The position numbers and the translations under genes are program-made. The notes beneath the pieces are model-generated. The model was given only the letters and a program-made list of their open reading frames with translations, was not told the origin of the DNA and did no database searches. Below are positions 1 to 11,116 of a DNA stretch of 64,000 nt, piece after piece. The DNA is from Rhizobium sp. Q54 (lineage in GTDB: Bacteria; Pseudomonadota; Alphaproteobacteria; Rhizobiales; Beijerinckiaceae), in assembly GCA_945878875.1 (NCBI GenBank), contig CAMCUC010000003.1, positions 9,516-73,515 on the forward strand. The letters run 5' to 3'. Within the stretch, counting starts at the first letter, position 1. Every line of letters starts with the position of its first letter.

Positions 1-18
1 CAAGAGCGCGCGGTCCCG

Positions 19-2373
19 TTAGCGGCGCGCCCGCTCAATCGCTTCCCACACGCGCAAAGGCGTGGCGGGCATGTCGATATGGGTGACGCCAAATTCGGCC
101 AGCGCATCGACGACCGCGTTCATGATCGACGTCATCGAGCCAGCGCAGCCAGCCTCGCCGCAGCCTTTGGCGCCCAGCGGATTTGTTTTGGCCGGATCAG
201 GCAGCGAGAGATAGGCAAATGGCGGCGAATGATCGGCGCGCGGCATGGCGTAATCCATGAACGAGCCCGACAGCAATTGCCCGTCGTCGCCGTAATGGGT
301 TTCCTCCATCAGGCATTGGCCAAGCCCCTGCACGACGCCGCCCTGCACCTGGCCCTCGACGATGACCGGATTCACGACATTGCCGAAATCCCCCACCATC
401 GAATAGCGCGCGACCGTCGTGATGCCCGTCTCCGGGTCGATCTCGACCTCGCAGATATGGCAACCGTTGGGATAGGTCGCCGCGCCAGCGCTCCCAACGT
501 GATCGACGTCGAGCGATTGCGGCGCCTCTTCCGGCAGGCCCCCTCCCGCATGTAGCTTTTGCGCCATGTCCATGATCGAGATTGAGCGATCCGTGCCCGC
601 AATCGTGAAGCGGCCCGCCTCAAAGCCGATGTCCTCGACGCCAGCCTCCAGCATGTGCGAGGCGATGATGCGGCCCTTTTCGATCACCTTCGCGCTGGCC
701 TCGACAAACGCGGTCCCTGAACTCATCAGAGACTTCGAGCCGCCCGTTCCCGTGCCGCTGACGAGCTGATCGGAATCGCTCTGCATCAAGCGGATCTTGT
801 CAAACGGAACGCCAAGCTCCGTGGCTACGATCTGCGCAAACGTGGTGCCGTGGCCCTGCCCGTGATCGTGCGAGCCGGTGAGAATTTTCACGCCGCCATC
901 GGCCTCAAAATGCACGCCGCCATATTCGGCCTGCAAGGGCGCGGTGACTTCCAGAAACTGCCCGATGCCGCGCCCGCGCAGCTTGCCGCGCTTTGCGCTG
1001 TCGGCCTTGCGTTTGTCGAATCCATTCCAGTCGGCAAGCTCCAGCGCCTTGTCGAGGATGGCGGGGAAATTACCCGAATCATACGTCGAGCCCGACGGCG
1101 CCTTGTAGGGAATTTGCTCGGGCTGGACATGGTTGCGGCGGCGCAGTTCGACAGGATCAATCCCCATCTCGCGCGCGGCGGTGTCGATCAGCCGCTCCAT
1201 ATAATAATTGCCCTCGGGGCGCCCGGCGCCGCGATAGGCCGTTACCGGCACGGTGTTGGTGAACACGCAGCGCGTGCTCACTTCCACCAGTGGCGTTCGA
1301 TAGCAGGAGTTGACGTGCTTCACGATGTTGAAGGTGGAGAACAGCGGCCCGATCTGCGTCATGTAGCCGCCAAGATCGCCAAAGCCCTTGCAGCGCACGG
1401 CTAAAAACGTCCCGTCTGCGGCCAGCGCAAGCTCGCACGCAAACTCCTGCGCGCGGCCATGATGATCGGACAGGAACGAGTCGGAGCGCGTATCGGTCCA
1501 TTTCACCGGGCGGCCCAGAGCGCGCGAAGCATGCAGCGCGCAGATGTATTCGGGAAACACCGAACCTTTCATTCCAAACGAGCCGCCGACGTTTGTCGCT
1601 ATGAAGCGCACTTTGTCGGGCGTCACCTTCATCATCTCGGCGACATTGGCGCGCGATCCGGTCACGCCTTGCGTGGGGGCCCACAGCGTGAAGCGACCGC
1701 TCGCTGGATCATAATCGGCGACCGCCGCGCGCGGCTCCATCGCGTTGATGACGATGCGGCTGTTGGTGATATGGAGTTTGGTGACGTGGGCGGCATTGGC
1801 AAAAGCCTCAGCCACCTTTTCGCTGTCGCCAAAATGATAATCGAGCGCGACATTGCCCGGCGCCTCGTCGTAGATTTGCGGCGCCTCGGCCTTCACGGCG
1901 TCCGACATGGCGACGATGGCGGGCAGCGGCTCAATGTCGAGCGTCACGGCCTCGGCTGCATCCTGCGCCTGCGCGACTGTTTGCGCGATCACGCACGCCA
2001 CAGGATCGCCGACAAAGCGCACCCTGTCTGTGGCCAGCGCAAAACGCGGCGGCTTTGCCATGGCGGTGCCGCCGCGCCCTTGCAGCGCAACGCGAAACGG
2101 CATAGCGCCATAGCCAGCGATCGCCAGATCGGCGCCGGTATAGATGGCGATCACGCCGGGCATGGCGCGCGCGGCCTCAATATCGATGCCGCGCAAAATC
2201 CCGTGCGCCTGTTGCGACCGCACCATGGCGCAATAGACCTGGCCGGGCCGATTGACGTCGTCGGTATATTGGCCGCGACCCTGCAACAGGCTCGCATCCT
2301 CCACCCGCCGCACGGGCTGGCCGATGGCAAATTTCATGATCGCCAGATCTTCGTCCTTGACGCGGATATTCAT
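19..2373 (-). CDS. Xanthine dehydrogenase family molybdopterin-binding subunit (CoxL/CutL-like, not form I CODH)
   Basis: N-terminal [23 protein letters not shown]; [28 protein letters not shown] and KGCGEAG motifs; GGAGG RBS upstream of 2373. Confidence 0.9.
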   Translation of the reverse strand: MNIRVKDEDLAIMKFAIGQPVRRVEDASLLQGRGQYTDDVNRPGQVYCAMVRSQQAHGILRGIDIEAARAMPGVIAIYTGADLAIAGYGAMPFRVALQGRGGTAMAKPPRFALATDRVRFVGDPVACVIAQTVAQAQDAAEAVTLDIEPLPAIVAMSDAVKAEAPQIYDEAPGNVALDYHFGDSEKVAEAFANAAHVTKLHITNSRIVINAMEPRAAVADYDPASGRFTLWAPTQGVTGSRANVAEMMKVTPDKVRFIATNVGGSFGMKGSVFPEYICALHASRALGRPVKWTDTRSDSFLSDHHGRAQEFACELALAADGTFLAVRCKGFGDLGGYMTQIGPLFSTFNIVKHVNSCYRTPLVEVSTRCVFTNTVPVTAYRGAGRPEGNYYMERLIDTAAREMGIDPVELRRRNHVQPEQIPYKAPSGSTYDSGNFPAILDKALELADWNGFDKRKADSAKRGKLRGRGIGQFLEVTAPLQAEYGGVHFEADGGVKILTGSHDHGQGHGTTFAQIVATELGVPFDKIRLMQSDSDQLVSGTGTGGSKSLMSSGTAFVEASAKVIEKGRIIASHMLEAGVEDIGFEAGRFTIAGTDRSISIMDMAQKLHAGGGLPEEAPQSLDVDHVGSAGAATYPNGCHICEVEIDPETGITTVARYSMVGDFGNVVNPVIVEGQVQGGVVQGLGQCLMEETHYGDDGQLLSGSFMDYAMPRADHSPPFAYLSLPDPAKTNPLGAKGCGEAGCAGSMTSIMNAVVDALAEFGVTHIDMPATPLRVWEAIERARR

Positions 2374-2471
2374 CGGGCCATCGCCTCCAGATTGCGAACG
2401 CTGTTGTTGAAACAGATATGAACCCGCGCGGGGCGCAGGGGCAAGGCCTTACCGGAAAATGGAGAAACGCC

Positions 2472-3221
2472 TCAAACCTCGGCGAGGCGCTCCAGCCGGG
2501 CCACGTCCAGCAGGCGGACGCCGTCGGGAACGATCACGATGCACTTTTCGCGAGCAAGGCGCGTCATGATGCGGCTCACGGTCTCGACCGTGAGGCCCAG
2601 AAAATCGCCGATATCCTGCCGCGTCATCGGCAGCAGCACATGCACCTGATTGCCGTTCACGCGCATCCAGCGATTGCGCAGGCCGATCAGAAACGCCGCG
2701 ATCCGCTCCTCGGCGGTGCGACGGCCCAAAATCACCATCTGGTCCTGCGCCAGGCTCAGCTCATGGCTGGCCATGGAATGCAGACGCCGCAACAGGTGCG
2801 GTTTGGCGTCCAGATAATCCGAATAGGCTTCGCGCGAGAAGCGGCACGCGGTCGTGGGCGTAATCGCATCGGCGCAAAACACGTTGCGCTCGCTCATTGC
2901 AAGGCCCAGAAAATCGCCCGGGAGCGCAAAGCCCACGACCTGACGGCGCCCGTCGGGGAGCAGCTTGTAGAGCCGCACGGCGCCAGCGGTGACATTGTAA
3001 ACCGAATCCGAGGGCTGATCCTGCTCGAACAAAGTCTGGCGCGCGGCAAAGCTCAAAGTCTGCGACAATCTGTCCAGCTCATGCAATTCATCAGGTTCAA
3101 GCGCATCGCACAGGCTCAACGCCCGCACGCGGCATTGCGCGCATTCAATCGGCCCCTTTGAATTGGGACACAGGCTGAGAGCAGGCGAACCCGCCAAGGC
3201 CTTGCTTGCTGTCGCTTCCAT
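2472..3221 (-). CDS. Crp/Fnr family regulator, O2-sensing FnrN/AadR type
   Basis: N-terminal CAQCRVRALSLC (C-x2-C-x7-C) plus central TTAC Cys; cNMP-binding-like domain; HTH TRQDIGDFLGLTVETVSR. Confidence 0.88.
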   Translation of the reverse strand: MEATASKALAGSPALSLCPNSKGPIECAQCRVRALSLCDALEPDELHELDRLSQTLSFAARQTLFEQDQPSDSVYNVTAGAVRLYKLLPDGRRQVVGFALPGDFLGLAMSERNVFCADAITPTTACRFSREAYSDYLDAKPHLLRRLHSMASHELSLAQDQMVILGRRTAEERIAAFLIGLRNRWMRVNGNQVHVLLPMTRQDIGDFLGLTVETVSRIMTRLAREKCIVIVPDGVRLLDVARLERLAEV

Positions 3222-3351
3222 AGCCGTGATCCCGCAAGAGTTTCAACGAGGGTTACAAAGCGCCAGATCACACTGCACGCGCCCACGATGATTGGCAACC
3301 TGAGAGCTGCTCCAGCCGTCGTTAAAAACAGTCGCCGCTCTTGACCTCGAC

Positions 3352-3365
3352 TTGACCTGCGTCAA
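3352..3365. promoter_or_regulatory. FNR/FixK-type box TTGAC-CTGC-GTCAA
   Basis: Perfect TTGAC-N4-GTCAA inverted repeat in the divergent region between the fnr-like gene and ORF 3399; extra TTGAC half-site at 3341. Confidence 0.75.
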
Positions 3366-3395
3366 TGTGAATATGGGCCGATTGCAGAAATCTGT

Positions 3396-3431
3396 CTCAT
3401 GCGTCCACAAAAACTCATGCGTCCACAAAAA
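3396..3431 (+). repeat. Perfect 18-bp tandem duplication (CTCATGCGTCCACAAAAA x2)
   Basis: Read directly; duplicates the start-codon region (MRPQKL/MRPQKF). Confidence 0.9.
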
Positions 3432-3893
3432 TTCCCGCCGAACGAACCGCCCCTGTTCCACACTGTGACAGTCGACCGGCGCGTTGCGCTGCGGGCGTGG
3501 CCCCTTGTGCAATCGTCACGCCCCGCCGCGCGGCTGGAGGATTGGCGCGCCTATGCTGCGGCGCTGGGCCGGCGCGTCGGCAAATCAGCCGGGCTGGTGG
3601 CGGTGGAGGATGAGCGCGGCTACATCCATGCCCTGTTCGCATGGCATGTTCACCGCGCCATCGGGCGCCCGCGCGAGCTACGCGTGAGCGATGTTGTGGT
3701 GGGCAATCTGCCGGGCCGGGAATTGGCGCAAAGCATCGTGGTCGCCATTCGCCGGGTCGCGACGACGACCCGCGCCGACAGCGTTCTGGTGGAGATCGGC
3801 GACCGCCAGATCGCGCCGGACGCCTTGTTAAGCGATGGTTTCGAGCGGCTGGTGATGGATTGCATGCACACCAATTGCATCGCCCCGCGCTGA
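3399..3893 (+). CDS. Hypothetical protein, possible GNAT-like fold (start may be 3417)
   Basis: 164-aa ORF filling the gap between fnr and nadK; alternating beta/alpha pattern (LVAVEDERGYIHALFAW...LRVSDVVV...IRRVA...VLVEI). Confidence 0.6.
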   Translation: MRPQKLMRPQKFPPNEPPLFHTVTVDRRVALRAWPLVQSSRPAARLEDWRAYAAALGRRVGKSAGLVAVEDERGYIHALFAWHVHRAIGRPRELRVSDVVVGNLPGRELAQSIVVAIRRVATTTRADSVLVEIGDRQIAPDALLSDGFERLVMDCMHTNCIAPR

Positions 3894-3965
3894 GCGCGCT
3901 TTCCCCCGGCCGCGCGGGCGGCTATGTGTGCAAGGCGCGCTGAAGCGGCGCGCGGGGACACGAAC

Positions 3966-4751
3966 ATGAGCGCACCCACAAAGCTCGGCGACGGGCGCAT
4001 CGCCTTTCTCTCCTCCGGCACGCCCGAGGCGGAAGACGCGCGCGTGCTGTTCGTCAAGCGCTACGGCGAGACCGATTGCGCGGACGCCGACGTGATCGTC
4101 GCGCTTGGCGGCGACGGCCTGATGCTGCAAACCCTGCACCGCTTCATGGGCTCGAAAAAGCCGATCTACGGCATGAACCGGGGCTCGGTTGGTTTTCTGA
4201 TGAACGAATATCAGGAAGACAGCCTACGCGAGCGGCTGGCGGCGGCGCTCGCCTCAACCATTCATCCGCTGACGATGAAAGCAACCGACGTGAAGGGCGC
4301 CGTGCATGAAGCGCGCGCCATCAACGAAGTCTCGCTGCTGCGCCAGACCTATCAGGCCGCCAAATTGCGCATATCAATAGATGGTCAGGAGCGGCTGGCT
4401 GAACTCATCGCCGACGGCGTTCTCATTGCAACGCCCGCCGGGTCCACCGCCTACAATCTCTCGGCCAATGGTCCGATCCTGCCGCTCGATGCCCCGCTGA
4501 TGGCGTTGACGCCAATCTCCGCCTTCCGCCCGCGTCGCTGGCGGGGGGCGTTGTTGCCGGACAAGGCCCGCGTCACCATCGACATTCTGGAAGCCGACAA
4601 ACGGCCCGTGTCTGCGGTCGCGGATCACTACGAAGTGCGCAAGGTCGCCAGCGTCGACATCGCGATGGATCATGCGACCGGCTGCATGATCTTGCACGAT
4701 CCCGGTCATTCGCTGGAAGAGCGAATCCTGCGCGAGCAATTTGGCGCTTAA
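3966..4751 (+). CDS. nadK: NAD kinase
   Basis: ALGGDG motif, [10 protein letters not shown] motif, [22 protein letters not shown]; start chosen at MSAPTK with GGGGA RBS. Confidence 0.93.
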   Translation: MSAPTKLGDGRIAFLSSGTPEAEDARVLFVKRYGETDCADADVIVALGGDGLMLQTLHRFMGSKKPIYGMNRGSVGFLMNEYQEDSLRERLAAALASTIHPLTMKATDVKGAVHEARAINEVSLLRQTYQAAKLRISIDGQERLAELIADGVLIATPAGSTAYNLSANGPILPLDAPLMALTPISAFRPRRWRGALLPDKARVTIDILEADKRPVSAVADHYEVRKVASVDIAMDHATGCMILHDPGHSLEERILREQFGA

Positions 4752-6127
4752 TGTGCCAGCGCATCCAGAACGCGCGCCCAGCTGCGCGTACCCTTGTGGA
4801 AGGATTTCAGCTCGTACTTCTCGTTGGGCGAGTGGATGCGATCATCGTCCAGCCCGAAGCCGATCATCAAGGCGTCCATGCCCAGGTCGCGCTTGAAATT
4901 GCCGATCACGGGAATCGACCCGCCGCCGCCCGCCATCACCGCCTCAACGCCCCATTCGCGACTGAGCGCGCCGCGCGCCTTTTGCAGATAACTTGAGTCA
5001 AACGGCAACGAGATCGCAGCCGAGGCGCCATGCGAGACGAACGTCGCCTTGCAATCGGCGGGCAGGCGCGCGCGCACGAAGGCGTGGAAGCTCTCCAATA
5101 TTTTGTGCGGCTCTTGTTCGCCCACAAGGCGGAACGAAACCTTGGCGGACGCGCGCGCCGGCAGCACCGTCTTTGTGCCCTCGCCCGTATAGCCGCCGAT
5201 GATTCCGTTGACGTCGCATGTCGGGCGAGACCACACATGCTCCAGAACGCTGCGGCCTTTCTCGCCTGCGGGAACGCTCAGGCCCACTTCGCCCAGAAAG
5301 TCGCTCTCGCTGAAATCAAGCGCGCGCCATTGCGCGGCCACATCCGCAGGCAGCTCCTCCACGCCCTCGTAAAAGCCCGGGAGAGCCACGGCGCCATTGT
5401 CGTCGTGCAAATCGGACAGAATGCGGGTCAGCACGCGGATCGGATTGATCGCGGCGCCGCCGAACAGGCCCGAATGCAGATCGCGCGAGGCGGCGTCGAT
5501 CACCACTTCTTCCAGCACAAGCCCGCGCAGCATTGTGGTGATGGCGGGCGTGTTCCTATTCCACATATTGGTGTCGCACACGAGCGCCACGTCTGCGCGC
5601 AGCTCGTCTTTGTTGGCGGCCAGAAACGCAGGCATGGACGGCGAGCCGCATTCCTCTTCGCCCTCAAACAAAATGGTGACATGGCACGGCAAGCCGCCAT
5701 GATTCATGAAGGCGCGGCACGCCTCAACGAAGGTCATGAGCTGGCCTTTGTCGTCAGCGGCGCCGCGCGCAACGATGCGCTTGTCGCCGCCCTCCTCCAC
5801 CATGTGCGGTGCGAACGGATCGCTGTGCCACAGGCTCAAAGGGTCCACCGGCTGCACGTCGTAATGGCCGTAGAACAACACATGCGGCGCATCCGCCTGC
5901 CTGGCTTTTGCGTGCGCCACCACCATCGGATGGCCCGCCGTCTCGCGCACGCTCGCGTCAAACCCTATGCCTGATAATTGCGCGACCAGCCAATGAGCGG
6001 CGCGCGCGCAATCGTCCCTGAACGCAGGATTGGTAGAGATAGACTTGATGCGCAAAAGATCGAACAGGCGCTCAAGCGAGCCGTCGAGATCGGCGTCGAT
6101 TTGGGCGAGGACTTTGTCGAGGGCCAT
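4748..6127 (-). CDS. M20/M25/M40 family metallopeptidase (dipeptidase, ArgE/DapE-like)
   Basis: [23 protein letters not shown] and IHSPNEK motifs. Confidence 0.92.
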   Translation of the reverse strand: MALDKVLAQIDADLDGSLERLFDLLRIKSISTNPAFRDDCARAAHWLVAQLSGIGFDASVRETAGHPMVVAHAKARQADAPHVLFYGHYDVQPVDPLSLWHSDPFAPHMVEEGGDKRIVARGAADDKGQLMTFVEACRAFMNHGGLPCHVTILFEGEEECGSPSMPAFLAANKDELRADVALVCDTNMWNRNTPAITTMLRGLVLEEVVIDAASRDLHSGLFGGAAINPIRVLTRILSDLHDDNGAVALPGFYEGVEELPADVAAQWRALDFSESDFLGEVGLSVPAGEKGRSVLEHVWSRPTCDVNGIIGGYTGEGTKTVLPARASAKVSFRLVGEQEPHKILESFHAFVRARLPADCKATFVSHGASAAISLPFDSSYLQKARGALSREWGVEAVMAGGGGSIPVIGNFKRDLGMDALMIGFGLDDDRIHSPNEKYELKSFHKGTRSWARVLDALAH

Positions 6128-6138
6128 GGAATTTTCCG

Positions 6139-7689
6139 CTATCGTTTTCCGCCCAGCATGCCGCCGAGCACGTTGCGCAAAATAGCGCGGGTGATGTGCG
6201 TGCCAATGGAACGCGCGGCCGATTGCGCGGCGGACGCGATGATCTTCTCGCCCATGGATTGCCCGCGCCTGCCCGGCAGCGGCTTGCCAGTGCGCGGATC
6301 AATCTTGGGCGCATCGTTACCGAAGACGCCGCCAAGCATGCCGCCAAGCTGGCCTATGATGCCGCCCTCTTCAACAGGCGGCGCAGCGGCGATCTCGGCG
6401 CGCTTGGCCAGCATTTCAAAGGCTGACTCGCGGTCAATCGTTGTGTCGTATTTGCCACCCAGCGAACTCTTGCGCTGAATGGCGGCGCGCTCATCGCTCG
6501 TAATCACGCCGACGCGGGCGGCGGGGGGCGCAACAAGCGTGCGCGCCACTTCCGACGGCGCGCCCTTGTTTTGCAGCGTGGAGACAAGCGCCTCGCCGAC
6601 TTTCAATTCCATGATCGCTTTGGCCGCGTCAAAACCCGGCTTCTGGCGGAAGGTTTCAGCAGCCGCCTTCACCGCCCGCTGATCACGCGGGGTGAATGCG
6701 CGCAGCGCATGCTGCACGCGGTTTCCCAGCTGTCCCAGAACAGCTTCGGGCACGTCGAGCGGGTTTTGCGTGATGAAATAAACGCCCACGCCCTTCGAGC
6801 GGATGAGGCGCACCACTTGCTCAATCGCGTCGAGCAAAGCCCTCGGCGCATTGTCGAACAACAGATGCGCTTCATCGAAAAAGAAAACCAGCTTTGGCTT
6901 TTCAAGATCACCGACTTCCGGCAGATTCTCGAACAATTCCGACAGCATCCAGAGCAAAAACGTCGCATACAGACGCGGGCTGCGCATCAGCTTGTCGGCG
7001 GCAAGCATGTTGATGACGCCGCGCCCGTCGCGATCCTTGCGCATGAAATCGTTGAGATCGAGCGCGGGCTCGGCGAAGAAAGAACTGGCGCCCTGATTTT
7101 CCAGCACCAGCAGCGCGCGTTGAATGGCGCCAATGGTGGCGGGCGCGACATTGCCGTATTTGGTTTTGATCTCGGCTGCGTTGTCGGAGACAAATTGCAG
7201 CATCGCCCGGAAGTCTTTCAGGTCGAGCAGCAACATGCCGTTATCGTCGGCGACACGGAACGCGATGTTGACCGCGCCTTCCTGCACGTCGTTGCACTCC
7301 AGCAGGCGCGAGAGCAGCAGCGGCCCCATTTCTGAAATGGTGGCGCGCACGGGGTGTCCCTGTTCGCCAAACAAATCCCAGAACACGACGGGAAACTCGT
7401 CCGCCTGCCATTCGAATCCCAGATCCCTGGCGCGCTGCGTAAAATGCGGCTTGGGATCGCCCGCGAACGCAATGCCTGAAAGATCGCCCTTCACGTCAGC
7501 GGCGAACACCGGCACGCCCGCATTGGAAAACCCTTCCGCCAGCACTTGCAGCGTGACGGTTTTGCCCGTGCCGGTGGCGCCAGTCACAAGGCCATGGCGG
7601 TTGGCGAGCGGCAGGTTAATGAATTGAAAGGCGTCTTCGCCTTTGCCAATAAGTATTTTTCCGATCTCGCTGCGCGGATCTGCGGCCAT
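6139..7689 (-). CDS. HerA-like P-loop ATPase (DUF853/YjgR family)
   Basis: Walker A GATGTGKT; DVKGDLSG; FFFDEAHLLF; RLIRSKGVGVYFITQNP; GNRVQHALRAFTP. Confidence 0.9.
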   Translation of the reverse strand: MAADPRSEIGKILIGKGEDAFQFINLPLANRHGLVTGATGTGKTVTLQVLAEGFSNAGVPVFAADVKGDLSGIAFAGDPKPHFTQRARDLGFEWQADEFPVVFWDLFGEQGHPVRATISEMGPLLLSRLLECNDVQEGAVNIAFRVADDNGMLLLDLKDFRAMLQFVSDNAAEIKTKYGNVAPATIGAIQRALLVLENQGASSFFAEPALDLNDFMRKDRDGRGVINMLAADKLMRSPRLYATFLLWMLSELFENLPEVGDLEKPKLVFFFDEAHLLFDNAPRALLDAIEQVVRLIRSKGVGVYFITQNPLDVPEAVLGQLGNRVQHALRAFTPRDQRAVKAAAETFRQKPGFDAAKAIMELKVGEALVSTLQNKGAPSEVARTLVAPPAARVGVITSDERAAIQRKSSLGGKYDTTIDRESAFEMLAKRAEIAAAPPVEEGGIIGQLGGMLGGVFGNDAPKIDPRTGKPLPGRRGQSMGEKIIASAAQSAARSIGTHITRAILRNVLGGMLGGKR

Positions 7690-7802
7690 TGCGATCTCCC
7701 GGCGTTTGAAATGTCGTGGGGTGTTATAGGCGATAGCCGGGCTATGGACCAGCGCCCGTGTGGGCTGCTGATCGCCGCTTTGCGCTCAATGATCCACCCA
7801 CG

Positions 7803-7884
7803 CGTCATGGTCGCGAAGGCGGCCATCTACGGCAGGCCGCCAGCTCGTTGCCTATCGTGGGTCCCGGCCTTCGCCGGGATGACG
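7803..7884. repeat. 82-bp CGTC-footed double-hairpin REP-like element, copy 1
   Basis: CGTCATGGTCGCGAAGGCGGCCATCTACGGC...GTGGGTCCCGGCCTTCGCCGGGATGACG; ends identical to copy at 21051. Confidence 0.85.
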
Positions 7885-7926
7885 CGGAGCGTGACTTCGG
7901 GCTTGCAGCCCAATCTCCAAAAACAT

Positions 7927-10086
7927 TTACGCAGCAGGCTTTTGTGCATAGCCCAATCGTCCGTTCAGCTCTTCCAGCAGCCGCTCAGCGCTGTCGGCCA
8001 CCGGCGTTCCGGGCGGGAAGATCGCAGCGGCGCCAGCCTGGCGCAGCGCTTCAAAATCCTGCTGCGGGATCACGCCGCCCACCACGATCATTACGTCGCC
8101 GCGCCCAAGCTTTTCAAGCTCAGCCTTCAGCTCCGGCACCAACGTCAGATGGCCAGCGGCAAGCGAGGATACGCCCACCACATGCACGTCGTTTTGCACC
8201 GCCAATTGCGCGGCCTCCGCAGGCGTTGCAAACAGCGCGCCCACATCCACCGCAAAGCCCAGATCGGCGAAAGCGGAGGCGACAACCTTCTGGCCGCGAT
8301 CATGGCCGTCCTGACCCACTTTCGCGATGAGGATGCGCGGCGGGCGGCCCTCGTTTTCCGTGAACGCCTGCGTCAATCGCTGCACGCGCGTCACCGCTTC
8401 GCTGGCCTCGCCAGCCTGCGCGCGATAGACGCCCGAGATCGTGTGGATGGTCGCGACATGGCGATTGAACGCATGTTCGAGACTCAGCGAAATCTCGCCC
8501 ACCGTCGCCTTTGCGCGCGCCGCCTTCACCGCCAGATCGAGCAGATTGGCGCCCCCGCGCGCGCCATTGGTGAGCGCCTCCAGGGCAGCGTCAACGTCGC
8601 CCTGATTGCGCTCGGCCCGCAAGCGCCGCAGCTTCTCGATCTGCTGCGCGCGCACGGAGGAATTGTCGACCTTCAACACGTCAATCGGCGCCTCGTCTTC
8701 AACGCGATGCTTGTTGACGCCGATCACCGCTTGCTGGCCTGTATCAATGCGCGCCTGCGTTTTGGCCGCAGCTTCCTCAATGCGCATTTTGGGAATGCCC
8801 GCGTCAATCGCCTTGGCCATGCCGCCGAGCTGTTCAACCTCGTTGATATGCGCCATGGCGCGCAGGGCCAGATCGGCGGTGAGGCGCTCGACGTAATACG
8901 ACCCGCCCCATGGGTCGATGATGCGCGTCGTGCCGCTTTCCTGTTGCAGGAAAATTTGCGTGTTGCGCGCGATGCGAGCGGAGAAATCGGTCGGCAAAGC
9001 CAGCGCCTCGTCAAGCGCGTTGGTGTGCAGCGATTGCGTATGACCCTGCGTTGCAGCCATCGCTTCAATTTGCGTGCGCACCACATTGTTGAACACGTCC
9101 TGCGCGGTCAACGACCAGCCCGACGTTTGGCAATGGGTGCGCAGCGCCAGCGACTTTGGATTTTTCGGCGCAAACGGCGCCAGCAAATTCGCCCACAACA
9201 GGCGCGCGGCGCGCAGCTTGGCGACCTCCATGTAGAAGTTCATGCCAATCGCCCAGAAGAACGACAAGCGCGGCGCAAACGCGTCAATATCCATGCCCGC
9301 CGCAATCCCTGCGCGCACATATTCGACGCCGTCGGCCAGCGTATAGGCCAGCTCCAGATCCTGCGTCGCGCCCGCTTCCTGCATGTGATAGCCGGAAATG
9401 GAGATCGAGTTGAACTTGGGCATATGCGCCGACGTGTAGGCGAAAATATCGGAGATGATGCGCATCGAATGTTTGGGCGGATAAATGTAGGTGTTGCGCA
9501 CCATGAATTCTTTGAGAATGTCGTTCTGAATCGTGCCCGACAATTTATCCTGTGAGACGCCCTGCTCTTCGGCGGCCACGATATAGAGCGCGAGAATGGG
9601 CAGAACCGCGCCGTTCATCGTCATCGACACCGACATGCGATCCAGCGGAATGCCGTCAAACAGCGTGCGCATGTCGTAGATGGAATCAATCGCCACGCCC
9701 GCCATGCCCACATCGCCGGACACGCGCGGATGATCGGAATCATAACCGCGATGGGTCGCCAGATCGAACGCGATGGACAGGCCCTTCTGGCCCGCCGCCA
9801 GATTGCGCCGATAGAAGGCGTTGGAATCCTCCGCCGTCGAGAAGCCCGCATATTGGCGGATCGTCCACGGCTGGTTCACATACATGGTGGGATAGGGGCC
9901 GCGCAGAAACGGCGCGATGCCGGGCATGCCGTCGAGATGCCCCATGCCCTCAAGATCGGCGGGGCCATAGGCGGAGCGCACCGCAATGCCTTCTGGCGTT
10001 AAAAACGGGGCGCCGGAGGCCAGCGCTGCGGGCGCTTGAATATCCGTCAAAGGCTTGTCGGCGAAGGATGGAATGCGCGTCATCAT
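7927..10086 (-). CDS. mutB: Methylmalonyl-CoA mutase, large (B12-binding) subunit
   Basis: [40 protein letters not shown]12-binding GQDGHDRG (DxHxxG); start at MMTRIPSF approximate. Confidence 0.95.
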   Translation of the reverse strand: MMTRIPSFADKPLTDIQAPAALASGAPFLTPEGIAVRSAYGPADLEGMGHLDGMPGIAPFLRGPYPTMYVNQPWTIRQYAGFSTAEDSNAFYRRNLAAGQKGLSIAFDLATHRGYDSDHPRVSGDVGMAGVAIDSIYDMRTLFDGIPLDRMSVSMTMNGAVLPILALYIVAAEEQGVSQDKLSGTIQNDILKEFMVRNTYIYPPKHSMRIISDIFAYTSAHMPKFNSISISGYHMQEAGATQDLELAYTLADGVEYVRAGIAAGMDIDAFAPRLSFFWAIGMNFYMEVAKLRAARLLWANLLAPFAPKNPKSLALRTHCQTSGWSLTAQDVFNNVVRTQIEAMAATQGHTQSLHTNALDEALALPTDFSARIARNTQIFLQQESGTTRIIDPWGGSYYVERLTADLALRAMAHINEVEQLGGMAKAIDAGIPKMRIEEAAAKTQARIDTGQQAVIGVNKHRVEDEAPIDVLKVDNSSVRAQQIEKLRRLRAERNQGDVDAALEALTNGARGGANLLDLAVKAARAKATVGEISLSLEHAFNRHVATIHTISGVYRAQAGEASEAVTRVQRLTQAFTENEGRPPRILIAKVGQDGHDRGQKVVASAFADLGFAVDVGALFATPAEAAQLAVQNDVHVVGVSSLAAGHLTLVPELKAELEKLGRGDVMIVVGGVIPQQDFEALRQAGAAAIFPPGTPVADSAERLLEELNGRLGYAQKPAA

Positions 10087-10162
10087 CGGCCCAAAGTAGA
10101 TGTTTCGATCAGTATAGTTTTTAACGACGCTTCCGACCATCCTTCGTTAGGGGGATGGTTTT

Positions 10163-10540
10163 CTAGGATGCGATCCGCTCCGCCTGCCATTGACCCCGGC
10201 AATTGCGCGAGGGTACGTCGAACGAGCCCGACGCCAGATTGCGCTCAACCTTGCCGCGCACGGCGCCGTAATCATCCTGCGTGCGCCCCGAAGCCACCAG
10301 ATGACCGCCGCGCGAGACCGTGAGCTTGTACTTGATCTGCGGCCCCAGTTGCGGCTTGCCGCCGCGCACTTCGCCAATGCGGGTGGTGCTGAAATAGCAG
10401 AACACATGCGGCCCCTGCCCCTCCACCTGCACGCGCCAGCGCCCGTCGGGCAAGCGCGAACGCGGATCGGCGGCGGCGGGAGCGGCGAAGGCAAACGCGG
10501 TTATCGCCGCTGCGAGCGTGAGGGATATGGTCTTGAGCAT
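10163..10540 (-). CDS. Small secreted hypothetical protein (paralog B)
   Basis: Signal peptide MLKTISLTLAAAITAFAFAAPAAA; DGRWRV...C...CRGQWQAER pattern shared with the adjacent ORF. Confidence 0.7.
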   Translation of the reverse strand: MLKTISLTLAAAITAFAFAAPAAADPRSRLPDGRWRVQVEGQGPHVFCYFSTTRIGEVRGGKPQLGPQIKYKLTVSRGGHLVASGRTQDDYGAVRGKVERNLASGSFDVPSRNCRGQWQAERIAS

Positions 10541-10613
10541 GTGCGACCCGAGCTTACGATTGGCGGATTTCATTTTCGCCATCGCACGCGTTTGGTCAAG
10601 CGCCCCTAAAGCA

Positions 10614-10994
10614 TCATGCCAGCTTTTCGGCACGCCAGCGGCCAGCGCAGGAACGGTTGGGCAATACCCAAGCGCCCGAGCCTGTTTTTGCGACGATTGC
10701 GCCCGTGACCGACATCACGTCGGAGCCACGCGCAAGCTGCACGCTGACGCGGCCTGTGCGATCAATGCCGCCATTGGCGATGGCGCCGGGCGCGCCAACC
10801 GCGACGACGCGGCCCCCGGCCACGCCAATGTCCCAGCGGTAAGCGTCGCACCAGCCTTTTTCGGTAACAATCTCGACGGACCATTTGCCGTCGTGCCCGG
10901 GCTCAGCGATTCCCAATGTGGGCAGGACGATTGCAGACACGGCTGTCAAAGGCATGGCGATAAACGTCGCCAGCAAAGCGGTGCGGGTCATCAT
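10614..10994 (-). CDS. Small secreted hypothetical protein (paralog A)
   Basis: Hydrophobic N-terminus; HDGKWSVEIVTEKGWC...GSGAW...CAGRWRAEK. Confidence 0.75.
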   Translation of the reverse strand: MMTRTALLATFIAMPLTAVSAIVLPTLGIAEPGHDGKWSVEIVTEKGWCDAYRWDIGVAGGRVVAVGAPGAIANGGIDRTGRVSVQLARGSDVMSVTGAIVAKTGSGAWVLPNRSCAGRWRAEKLA

Positions 10995-11116
10995 GTACGA
11001 ACTCCGGGGTGGTGCGCCCCGCAGACTCATTGTCCGTGCGCAGCGCGATGAGCGCTATAAAGTGTCAGTTTGCGCCATTTTCAAGTCAGCGCGGACTGGG
11101 CTTTTGCTGCATCAGG

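Noticed and set aside
19-2373. Aerobic CO dehydrogenase (CoxL form I)
   Set aside because: The active-site loop reads AYRGAGR, not AYxCSFR, and no coxMS or accessory genes are visible; treated as a generic Mo-hydroxylase large subunit.
7546-9555. 669-aa plus-strand ORF (and similar long ORFs at 24429-26288, 26328-27860, 47745-49607, 60189-61589)
   Set aside because: Antisense shadows of well-supported genes; expected in high-GC DNA and carrying no recognisable motifs.
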